Positions 1-7,438 of a stretch of DNA of 24,000 bases are shown here, in pieces. Positions within the stretch are counted from its first letter, which is position 1; each line of letters begins with the position of its first letter. The stretch is from contig NC_007181.1 of the NCBI RefSeq assembly GCF_000012285.1, forward strand, positions 643,370-667,369, given 5' to 3'. The notes under the pieces were generated by a model, which saw only the letters and a list, made by a program, of their open reading frames with translations, had not been told where the DNA came from and did no database searches. The position numbers and the translations under genes were made by a program. Source of the DNA: Sulfolobus acidocaldarius DSM 639. Lineage in GTDB: Archaea; Thermoproteota; Thermoprotei_A; Sulfolobales; Sulfolobaceae.

Positions 1-99
1 ATAACCACTGGATTTTAAGAGAAAACCTATCGAAGCAACTATAGTACCCTTTCCCACACTAGATAGAACTCCTCCTGTAACTATAATGTACTTAGTCAA
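1..99 (-). CDS. pyrG: CTP synthase, N-terminal 33 codons (gene continues beyond the left edge)
   Basis: Reverse-strand translation from TTG (99..97) gives [33 protein letters not shown], the canonical PyrG N-terminus (VTGGVxSSxGKG). The frame is open to the window edge. It is absent from the ORF track because it is truncated. Confidence 0.75.
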   Translation of the reverse strand, partial: MTKYIIVTGGVLSSVGKGTIVASIGFLLKSSGY

Positions 100-169
100 G
101 GGAAATCACAGCTATAATTTTATGAACACCAGTTTTAAAAGTCAATTGTTTAGTTTAAGAGTATGAGTT

Positions 170-856
170 ATGTATGAGGCGATTATGATGAGACTTATCT
201 CTAATCTAAAAAATGCGAAGCTTATACAGGTTGCTTTAGATTTTATAAATATTCAAGATGCTGAGAAAGTTGCTATTCAGGCAATTAAAGCTGGTGCTGG
301 TATAATAGAAGCAGGCACTCCTCTTGTAAAAGCAGAAGGGATAAGGGGTTTAAAGAGATTGAGAGAATTAAATCCAAATGGTATAATTCTTGCTGATACG
401 AAAACTGCTGATGCTGGAGACGTTGAAGTCGAAATAGCAAAGGCAGGGGATGCTAATATTATGACAGTTCTAGGGATAATGGACGACGCTACAATAGAAA
501 GCGCAGTTAAAAGGGCTCATGAATTAGGTCTTCTGGTACAGGCAGATCTTATAAATGTAAGAGATGTTATAGGAAGAGCTCAAGAACTGAAGAAATTGCA
601 AGTTGATATAATCGGTCTACACGTTGGGCTAGACGTTCAGAAAAAGAGAGGTATAAGTATAGTAGATTTAAAGAATGAAATAATGGAAATAAGTAATTTG
701 AATGTAATTATTTCTGTTGCAGGTGGATTAAATAAAGATAGAATAAAAGAGCTAGTGAATTTACCTATAAATATATTCGTGGTAGGCGGAGCTATTACGA
801 GGGCTCATGATCCATTCAAGGCAACGGAAGAAATAGTTAAAATAATTAATGCCTAA
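170..856 (+). CDS. 3-hexulose-6-phosphate synthase / KGPDC-family (OMP-decarboxylase-fold) barrel protein
   Basis: Motifs [15 protein letters not shown] and [10 protein letters not shown] are typical of the HPS/3-keto-L-gulonate-6-P decarboxylase family. The real start may be ATG 185 or 188, preceded by GAGG at 176..179. Confidence 0.65.
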   Translation: MYEAIMMRLISNLKNAKLIQVALDFINIQDAEKVAIQAIKAGAGIIEAGTPLVKAEGIRGLKRLRELNPNGIILADTKTADAGDVEVEIAKAGDANIMTVLGIMDDATIESAVKRAHELGLLVQADLINVRDVIGRAQELKKLQVDIIGLHVGLDVQKKRGISIVDLKNEIMEISNLNVIISVAGGLNKDRIKELVNLPINIFVVGGAITRAHDPFKATEEIVKIINA

Positions 857-863
857 TTAGTAT

Positions 864-1337
864 ATGAATTATCGAGGTGTTGTTTTGTCTCAGCCTGGTC
901 AGACTAAATCAAAAGATGTTAAGATGGTTAATAGACAAGTGATAACTCCCGACGCATTAAAGGAAGATAAGAAGAAAGTATTATTATTATATTTCCTAAA
1001 AACTGTAGGCGGAGTATCTGAAAAAGCACTAGTTGCAGCTCTTAATGATTTGAAGCAAAAGGGGCTAGATCTAGGATATCAATTTAATGTCCTTGGGAAT
1101 AACGTGTATAGTCCAGTACTAAAGGAAGACCTAACTACATTATTGTACCTGGGTTTCATCGAGACTGATCCACAAAGTAAGAAGCTTAAATTAACCAATA
1201 ATGGTCTAGAATTTCTAGACTCACAACAGATAGAGGAAGATTTTAAGAATAATTTAACACAAAAAATAAATGATATTAAATCTAAAATAACTGCAATTGA
1301 TGAAGAAAATAGATTAAGATCAAGGAGAAGATATTAA
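864..1337 (+). CDS. hypothetical protein, possible winged-helix-like core with a charged coiled C-terminus
   Basis: 157-aa ORF with no antisense competitor and no motif I can name. Alternative in-frame start at ATG 924. Confidence 0.45.
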   Translation: MNYRGVVLSQPGQTKSKDVKMVNRQVITPDALKEDKKKVLLLYFLKTVGGVSEKALVAALNDLKQKGLDLGYQFNVLGNNVYSPVLKEDLTTLLYLGFIETDPQSKKLKLTNNGLEFLDSQQIEEDFKNNLTQKINDIKSKITAIDEENRLRSRRRY

Positions 1338-1394
1338 TTTTTAAATTAGAATATAATAATTTTTGATAAATTTTCAGTAAAAGTTAGACTAATT

Positions 1395-1817
1395 TTACAT
1401 TGGCATAAATCCTCTTCTAGTTTGCTGAGGTTGCTGTCCTTCTTCTACTGGTCTACTCCATATTAATGGATCTAGTTTTCCTTCCTTGCTTAATTTGACT
1501 ACTAAGTCCTTAAATTCACTGGTATGTCTTATATCAAGTTCTAAAAGATTCTCTAGTAACTCCCAAGTTGTTTTCATTACATCTTCAAGCATCTCTTTGG
1601 GCATATGTTTTATTATCTGGGGATCCTGTAGCCATTGATCGAAAGCTTTTATTGTCCTTAATATATGTTGAAAGGCTACCCTAGTTGCAAGTATTAAGTC
1701 TAATCTATCAGAGCTAGAATTCTGATACTTCTTCTCTAACTCCTTCAATGTCGCAAGAAGGTTTTTCTGCATTTTTATCCATTCGTCAAGGTTTGAGAGA
1801 TAATTACTACTTTCCAC
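1395..1817 (-). CDS. conserved hypothetical all-helical protein
   Basis: Clean 140-aa ORF with helical heptad-like composition and a Gln/Pro-rich C-terminal tail. No recognisable catalytic motif. Confidence 0.5.
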   Translation of the reverse strand: MESSNYLSNLDEWIKMQKNLLATLKELEKKYQNSSSDRLDLILATRVAFQHILRTIKAFDQWLQDPQIIKHMPKEMLEDVMKTTWELLENLLELDIRHTSEFKDLVVKLSKEGKLDPLIWSRPVEEGQQPQQTRRGFMPM

Positions 1818-1870
1818 CTATTACACCAATAAATCATATGTGATTGCAGATTAATAAACATATGTTAGGG

Positions 1871-2266
1871 TTATTTTTCTTTCAGATTAAATGGCAATCC
1901 TTCCTCAACTATGTTTGTTGGTATCTTATCCTTATACCTCTTAAGAAAATCTATTTCTTCTTCTTTTTTCCTAAGTTTATCGGGTAACATTCTAGGTATT
2001 TCGTCTATGACTGGATACCATCTTTTACAATTAGGACAATAGAGCAGGGCATCTACGATCTCATATTGGTAACATTCATCACATGGTAGATCTGATGATT
2101 TAGCTTCATTAATATTTATGTTCTTAAATGAGCAGAAAATTTCGCATAATGGTTTCTTTTCATCCTTTATCTCTCTTTGTATTTTCTTGTATGAAAAAAT
2201 GTGGTATTGCAAGGGAAAGTGTTTACAAATAGGACATGCTAATAGGTCTAACAGCCTATACTTCAT
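1871..2266 (-). CDS. Trm112-like zinc-ribbon protein (extended form)
   Basis: The N-terminus [15 protein letters not shown] and the later [19 protein letters not shown] are the two halves of the Trm112/UPF0434 zinc knuckle. The extra cysteine pairs CEIFC and CDEC lie in an insert. The stop overlaps nothing. The start is overlapped by the glmM stop (4 nt, 2263..2266). Confidence 0.6.
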   Translation of the reverse strand: MKYRLLDLLACPICKHFPLQYHIFSYKKIQREIKDEKKPLCEIFCSFKNININEAKSSDLPCDECYQYEIVDALLYCPNCKRWYPVIDEIPRMLPDKLRKKEEEIDFLKRYKDKIPTNIVEEGLPFNLKEK

Positions 2267-3627
2267 TTGCTTTCTACAAATTTTTTTAATTCTTCAGCTA
2301 AAAGCATTGCTTTACTTTCGTCTTTAGCCTCTACTATTATCCTAATGATAGGTTCTGTACCACTCTTTCTGACCAGGAACCAAAAGTCTTCTCCTATTAT
2401 TTTAACACCATCAATAGTAATCACTTTTCCCCTATTACCATAGGACTTTATAAGATCTCCATATAACCCCTGTATGTCATATTGTGGTTTCAAATTTACC
2501 TTAGTTTTAACTAGATAATATTTAGGTAATCTATCAAATAGTTGGGCTGAAGATAAATTCTCACTTGCCATAAATTCTAGCATTAAGGCAAAGCTCATTG
2601 CACCATCTCTAACGTATTGATGTGGTGGATATATGAAACCACCGTTTTCCTCAAAACCTGCTAATCCTTTCTCGTCCTGTAGCTTATGTGCAATGTCAAC
2701 ACTACCTACTTTTGTCCATAAAACCTCAAGACCATATTTTGCTAAATACTCCTCTGTGAGACTAGAGCTGGATACCGCAGTAACAATTACTCTACTACCC
2801 TTAGGGTTCTTCACATGACTCCAATATGATAATAAGGTCCCACTTCTGTCTCCCCACTGGACTCTGCCTTCGGAGTCAAGAAAAATTGCTCTGTCAGCAT
2901 CTCCATCATGGGCTATGGATAGATCGGCTTTTAGTGTTAATGCAATTTTTGCGGTTTCTTTTAGAGATTCAAATGTGGGTTCAGGCATTCTCGCTGGAAA
3001 TAACGGATCTAAATTTCCATTTAGGGTATATACTTTACATCCTAACTCTTTTGCTACTAATGGACTTGTTAACCCTCCTACACTATTTGCAGAATCAATT
3101 AATACAGTATATCCTTTTTTAGATATCTTCTCAGTATCTACATGCTGTAATATCCCCTTCACATAGGTTGGGATCACTCTATCTTCTTTTTTTACGTCAT
3201 TAGTAAGAGCTTTCCATTCAATGCTATTAAACCTCTCACTAAACAAAATTTCCTCTATTTCATTTTCTTTCTCTCTTCTTATTTCAACTCCGTCCTTATC
3301 TATTACTTTGATTCCATTATACTCTGGCGGATTATGACTTGCGGTAACAATTACACCCGCATCATATCCTAACGTTTTTACAGCATACTGTAAAGTAGGA
3401 GTAGGTGCTAGTCCGCCATAAAAAACGTCTACTCCTGTGCTTAATAGTCCCGCTTCAACCAGTTTAACATACATATCTCCTCCAGCTCTAACATCTCTAC
3501 CTACCAGCAGTTTACTGCCCTTACCAAAGAACGAGCCTATGGCTCGGGAAAGTTTAAGGACAAGCTCTGGAGACAGATCCTTATTTATCAAGCCTCTAAC
3601 TCCATCAGTGCCGAATAATTTACCCAT
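2263..3627 (-). CDS. glmM: phosphohexomutase (phosphoglucosamine mutase / phosphomannomutase family)
   Basis: N-terminus [12 protein letters not shown], active-site serine loop [13 protein letters not shown], metal loop HDGDADR and sugar loop GFEENGG. Full length, 454 aa. Confidence 0.85.
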   Translation of the reverse strand: MGKLFGTDGVRGLINKDLSPELVLKLSRAIGSFFGKGSKLLVGRDVRAGGDMYVKLVEAGLLSTGVDVFYGGLAPTPTLQYAVKTLGYDAGVIVTASHNPPEYNGIKVIDKDGVEIRREKENEIEEILFSERFNSIEWKALTNDVKKEDRVIPTYVKGILQHVDTEKISKKGYTVLIDSANSVGGLTSPLVAKELGCKVYTLNGNLDPLFPARMPEPTFESLKETAKIALTLKADLSIAHDGDADRAIFLDSEGRVQWGDRSGTLLSYWSHVKNPKGSRVIVTAVSSSSLTEEYLAKYGLEVLWTKVGSVDIAHKLQDEKGLAGFEENGGFIYPPHQYVRDGAMSFALMLEFMASENLSSAQLFDRLPKYYLVKTKVNLKPQYDIQGLYGDLIKSYGNRGKVITIDGVKIIGEDFWFLVRKSGTEPIIRIIVEAKDESKAMLLAEELKKFVESK

Positions 3628-3646
3628 ATTTTTAACTAGCTTACCA

Positions 3647-3657
3647 AATTATATAAA
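3647..3657 (-). promoter_or_regulatory. TATA box of the glmM promoter (near-leaderless transcript)
   Basis: The reverse strand reads TTTATATAATT, centred about 25 nt upstream of the glmM ATG (3627). This is the usual Sulfolobales TATA-to-start spacing for leaderless mRNAs. Confidence 0.5.
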
Positions 3658-3780
3658 CGTAATTCTTCTATTAATTTTAAGGGTCAAAAATCCTTCATAA
3701 ATTTTGTACAACGAAGACTATTTCGAAAACAGTTATGTTATGAAAAACTATGTTTTTTAAGTCAGCATTCGAAGACATGG

Positions 3781-3835
3781 AAAATCAAAAATGTGTAATC
3801 TTAGTTGCCTAAGTCTTATACTAATGGCTAAGATT
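3781..3835 (-). terminator. hairpin plus T-tract downstream of the glycosyltransferase gene
   Basis: AATCTTAG (3797..3804) pairs with CTAAGATT (3828..3835). An alternative inner hairpin is CTTAG-TTGC-CTAAG (3800..3813). On the minus strand these are followed by TTTTTGATTTT (complement of 3781..3791). Confidence 0.35.
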
Positions 3836-3862
3836 TGTCCTGTGATGTCATGGACATAATTT

Positions 3863-4921
3863 TTAACTTAAACTTTTATAGAGCTCAAGCACCTTTAAAG
3901 ATACATTCCTCCATCTCCATTCTCTAGAAATAGAGATATTATTCTCCCCTATCTCTTTCCTTACTTTAGGGTCTCTAAGCTTCTCCACAGCATCCTTCAG
4001 GTCCTGGCAACTGGAAATCACGAATCCGTTTACCCCATCCTTTACTATTGTCGATAAAACCTTAGCTTTATTACCGACTATCACTGGGACTCCCCTGACC
4101 ATCGCCTCCTTTATGACGATACCTTCTGCTTCTATATCTGAAGTAAGAATAACAGCCAATGACTTATCCATCAGGGAGTACTTCTCCTCCTCAGTGACTA
4201 CGCCTAAATATCTCACTTTGTCCTCAAGACCCAATTCACTAACTCTTGTCATAATCTTCTCTAGATAGTCCTTATCCCTAACTTGTCCTATCAGGATAAG
4301 CTTCACGTTCAGGTTTTTAATACATTCAATGGCGAAGAGCTGGTTTTTCTCAGGACTTATTCTACCAATATAAAGTAAATAGTCTTCAAAACCTTCGGAT
4401 TTGGGATAATTAAATGCCATATCATCAACTCCGTTCGGGATTACGACTATCTTAGAGCCGTCATACCCAAGGTTTATCATTTCCTCCTTCTCCCATTCAC
4501 TTACTGCAATTAATTTATCGACTCTCTTTCCTATGTTTCTCTTTAACCAGTTTATAACTCTACCCTGATCACTTACAAAAATGTGGTGTGGAGTCATTAC
4601 TAATGGTGCTTCTACCGACGGTAAAGAGAAAAAGAGAAAAGTGTAGAGGTTCCACGTACTGAACTTCCTCCCTAAATTATGAAAGTGGAGAACGGAAGGA
4701 GAATCTCTATAAATCCATGTTCTTTTATGTCTTACTACTTTTATTCCATCCATAATCTCGAATGGAATGAGCTTCTCTCTTTCAGTGTACGTATCTCTCG
4801 TTGTATGAACTTCAACGTCTATAGACATTTTAACTAGTTCCCTACTTAAATTGAACACATGGACTTCTGTACCTCCTCTCACTGGAAGAAAGAGTGGGGT
4901 CAACATCCAGACCTTATACAT
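3863..4921 (-). CDS. GT-B fold glycosyltransferase, family 4-like
   Basis: 352 aa. The N-terminal GGxxxH-type motif ([16 protein letters not shown]) and the C-terminal [19 protein letters not shown] (E-x7-E region) are typical of GT4. A GGATGAT SD-like element lies 3 nt before the ATG. Confidence 0.8.
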
Positions 4922-5209
4922 GAATCATCCTTTCCTTATCAATAACATGAAGTATAACATTAAAACCCTTACAGTATTTCAAAAATCCTCTCAATCTGAT
5001 CTATGTATCTTTCCGATAAATTAGCAGAGAACAACAATTTAAAGGCATAAACTGATTTTTATGCAGAATATCCGATAAAAATTCAATAATTTTATGCTAA
5101 TCATATTTGATTGTCTTCTTTCAACTAAATGCATATTTCTATTTCAAAAATTAATGTTTACATAGTCTATAACTCCTAATTATAACTGTAGTATTGGGTG
5201 TGAAGATAG

Positions 5210-5434
5210 CGAAAAATAAGACGCGTTATTAAATACGACGACTATATTATACGTGAGATTAAAGGGTGGTATTATGTGTATAAGCCAGGGAATATGAACT
5301 ATGAGATAAGGGAAACTTACGTTGGTTCCTTAATTGATGTAATTAAGACTTACCTAAAATTGAAAGTTGGGGTATTAGGGGATACCCCTAACCCCACAAC
5401 GCCGGGGGTGGGATTTGAACCCACGCAGGGATAA
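5210..5434 (+). pseudogene. SSV-type (partitioning) integrase N-terminal fragment, int(N), reading into the tRNA-Ser 3' half
   Basis: The open frame from 5210 reads [74 protein letters not shown]. There is no ATG until 5294. The tail GVGFEPT is the reverse complement of the tRNA T-arm translated. The YYVY...YVGxLxDVxxTY pattern resembles what I remember of fusellovirus-type integrase N-termini. Confidence 0.5.
5351..5399 (-). terminator. imperfect hairpin plus T-tract immediately 3' of tRNA-Ser
   Basis: The inner stem TTAGGGG (5375..5381) pairs with CCCCTAA (5385..5391) around an ATA loop. It is extended by GGGG (5369..5372) pairing with CCCC (5392..5395). On the minus strand it is followed by TTTCAATTTT. 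Confidence 0.35.
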
Positions 5435-5483
5435 CCCTACTGGCTCTCAAGGCCAGCCCCTTGGACCGCTCGGGCACCCCGGC
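5400..5483 (-). tRNA. tRNA-Ser (anticodon UGA), class II, no intron, CCA not encoded
   Basis: Hand-folded cloverleaf. The acceptor GCCGGGG pairs with CCCCGGC, with discriminator G. The anticodon stem is CUGGC/GCCAG with loop CUUGAGA. The long variable arm is AGGG-UUAU-CCCU. The T-arm is GUGGG-UUCAAAU-CCCAC. Confidence 0.93.
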
Positions 5484-5510
5484 AGCATTATATAGATACT
5501 TTTTCACCCT

Positions 5511-6074
5511 TTAATACTTAACCGCTAGAACTAGTGAATAACCCTTGGCTCTCTTATAAACCTTCACTTCATTTAGAAACTTAGAAAATTCCGTAATAAC
5601 ATTTGCCTCTCCCTTATATACCACTACCTCTATTATTCCTCCAATTTCCAAACGTCTTCCTGCTTCTTCAGAAAGTCTTTCTATGAATTCTTTTCCTGCT
5701 TTTAAGGGAGGATTAGAATAAATTCCATTAAATTTTAGATCATTTGGCACATTTTCAAACAGATTACTTTTAATCACTGTTATTCTATTACTAAGATTGT
5801 ATTTACTAACATTTTTCGACGTAAAGTATATTGCTTTCTTATCAACATCGATCATGTAGACTTTAAGGTTCTGGTTTACAAGAGCAATGTATATACCTAT
5901 TGGTCCATATCCACATCCTATATCGGCTACAATTCCATGGTTAGGCAAAACTAAGTTCTCTAGCAAGATTCTTGTACCTAGATCTAGCTTATCTTTGGAA
6001 AATAAACCTCTACTACTTTCCAGGCTTAGAGGTATTCCGTTTACTACATCATTCACTATTATCTTTTCGCTCAT
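5511..6074 (-). CDS. class I SAM-dependent methyltransferase, RsmC/RlmG-like (MTS domain)
   Basis: SAM motif I VADIGCGYGPIG and motif IV NPPLKAG (the NPPxxxG of N2-guanine/N6-adenine methyltransferases). The start is 1 nt after the cbf5 stop, so it is co-transcribed with rpl14e-cbf5. Confidence 0.8.
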   Translation of the reverse strand: MSEKIIVNDVVNGIPLSLESSRGLFSKDKLDLGTRILLENLVLPNHGIVADIGCGYGPIGIYIALVNQNLKVYMIDVDKKAIYFTSKNVSKYNLSNRITVIKSNLFENVPNDLKFNGIYSNPPLKAGKEFIERLSEEAGRRLEIGGIIEVVVYKGEANVITEFSKFLNEVKVYKRAKGYSLVLAVKY

Positions 6075-6075
6075 C

Positions 6076-7102
6076 TCATTTCCAACTTTTTGGGTATATG
6101 TCTCTTTCCATAAAAATTCTTTTAGGCCTTATAACTTCGCCTTTTTTACCAGATTCTAATTGCTTACTTTCTACAATACTCTCTCCTATAGCCACAAGTT
6201 CACCCTTAAGAGTTAGAACCGCTACGTCTTGATTTTTACGAAAGTTCTGATAAGCCAGTATACCAGGTAGGTTTAATTTAGCCCCATATGTTATTGCGTT
6301 TACTGCCGTATCGCTCACTATAACTTTTGGAATTCCGCACACCCCGTACTCCATAGGGAGCAGAATTCTTCTCAACTCACTTTCATCTTTACAGTTTCTG
6401 TATAGGTATAATGATTCTGAAACTTCTTGGAGTGTAACCATATTAGTTTTTTCTGTAAATATACCAGACCTAATTCTTCTCAACTCTCTCATATGTGAAC
6501 CACAGCCTGCTATAACACCCACATCATGACACAATTTTCTCATATAAGTTCCTGCGTCAGACTGGACTCTTAGTAGTATTAGTTTATCCTGCATATCTAA
6601 AATATCGATAGCATAAATTCTCCTTTTTCTTATCCTTCTTTTCACTGAGGATCTTACTGGCGGTTTCTGATATATTTCACCTACGAATTGACTTATTATT
6701 TCTTTTAACTCCTTTTGGTCTACATTACAGTGCATTTGCAATAAGCAAATGTATTCCTTTCCACTCTTACTTATGTAATTCATTAATTTTGTTGCGTTCT
6801 CTAATCCTATCGGTAATACTCCTGTAACCTTGGGATTTCCCCACCCGTTATACGGGTTCTAGGGTTCCTCCATGTCCTGCTTTGGTAATGTTAAAAAGCT
6901 TTTTTACCCAATAAGCTACCTCATGGCTTGTTGGACCAGGTGGTTTATCTAAATTGATTATGGAGTTTTTTATCAAAGATTCGATTGGTCTCTTATCTGC
7001 ATAATAGCCAAATTTCTCTTCAGTGTCTTCTTCTCTCAAGATTTTCCATCTATTTTCATAACTACAAAAAGAATCTATCTTGTTTATAAATTCATAAATC
7101 AT
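6076..7102 (-). CDS. cbf5: H/ACA RNP pseudouridine synthase Cbf5 (TruB family), two exons joined by removal of a 22-nt intron
   Basis: Exon 1 (7102..6858) ends at ...LDKPPGPTSHEVAYWVKKLFNITKAGHGGTL. Exon 2 (6835..6076) begins DPKVTGVLPIGLENATKLMNY... and carries a C-terminal PUA-like region. The exons total 245+760 = 1005 nt, giving 334 aa plus a stop. Confidence 0.88.
6836..6857 (-). other. mRNA intron in cbf5 (archaeal splicing-endonuclease type); boundaries can slide by 1 nt
   Basis: The mRNA segment ACCCGUAUAACGGGUGGGGAAA (22 nt, not a multiple of 3) contains an in-frame UAA. Removing it restores GGTLDPKVTG. It contains the internal hairpin ACCCG-UAUAA-CGGGU. Confidence 0.7.
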
Positions 7103-7103
7103 A

Positions 7104-7394
7104 CTAAATCACAGGTATTTTCGGTTTAACTGCCTCTTTTATAAAATCAGTCAAACCTGATTGCTCTATAGCCTGTTTTACCTCTTGATCCGTTGCTCCT
7201 TTATTTATTTCTACTTTCTTGTCTGTTGGTTCAATATGAAGTATATTGACTCTTCTCCTTTTGACTCCATTAATCTCTTTTGGTCCTGTTACTAGAACAA
7301 AATTACTATCTATAATATCTACAATTACACATTTTTTACCAGCTTCTCTGCCTCTAGTTTTTACACAAATCCTACCAATCTCTATTGCAGGCAT
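7104..7394 (-). CDS. rpl14e: 50S ribosomal protein L14e
   Basis: MPAIEIGRICVKTRGREAGKKCVIVDIID...GVKRRRVNILHIEPT is the archaeal L14e (KOW-containing) sequence pattern. 96 aa. Confidence 0.9.
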   Translation of the reverse strand: MPAIEIGRICVKTRGREAGKKCVIVDIIDSNFVLVTGPKEINGVKRRRVNILHIEPTDKKVEINKGATDQEVKQAIEQSGLTDFIKEAVKPKIPVI

Positions 7395-7438
7395 ATTCTA
7401 CCTAACCTAAAAAACAAGAGTTGTATAAAAATATAAAC

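Noticed and set aside
2118-3700. Plus-strand ORFs 2118..2327, 2633..2818, 2826..3122, 2915..3166 and 3437..3700
   Set aside because: All lie antisense to the well-supported Trm112-like and glmM genes. Their translations are low-complexity (Leu/Ser/Phe-rich) with no motifs. They are shadow ORFs of an AT-rich coding strand.
3842-3848. GTGATGT resembling a C box of a C/D box sRNA in the glmM-GT spacer
   Set aside because: It has one mismatch to RUGAUGA, and there is no CUGA D box at the appropriate distance on either strand. No terminal stem or C'/D' pair is visible.
5012-5097. Short direct repeats TCCGATAAA (5012, 5071) and TTTTATGC (5057, 5090) upstream of the glycosyltransferase gene
   Set aside because: These are 8-9-nt repeats in a very AT-rich spacer and could arise by chance. 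They show no dyad symmetry or regular phasing. They are possibly regulatory, but that is not supportable from sequence alone.
5887-6232. Plus-strand ORFs 5887..6159 and 5972..6232
   Set aside because: They lie antisense to the methyltransferase and the cbf5 3' exon and have no recognisable motifs. They are shadow ORFs.
6783-6848. Interpreting the two cbf5 fragments as a frameshifted pseudogene or as two genes
   Set aside because: A precise 22-nt excision restores the universally conserved GGTLDPKVTG catalytic motif and a single 334-aa reading frame. The flanking operon is intact, and introns at cbf5 are documented in Crenarchaeota.
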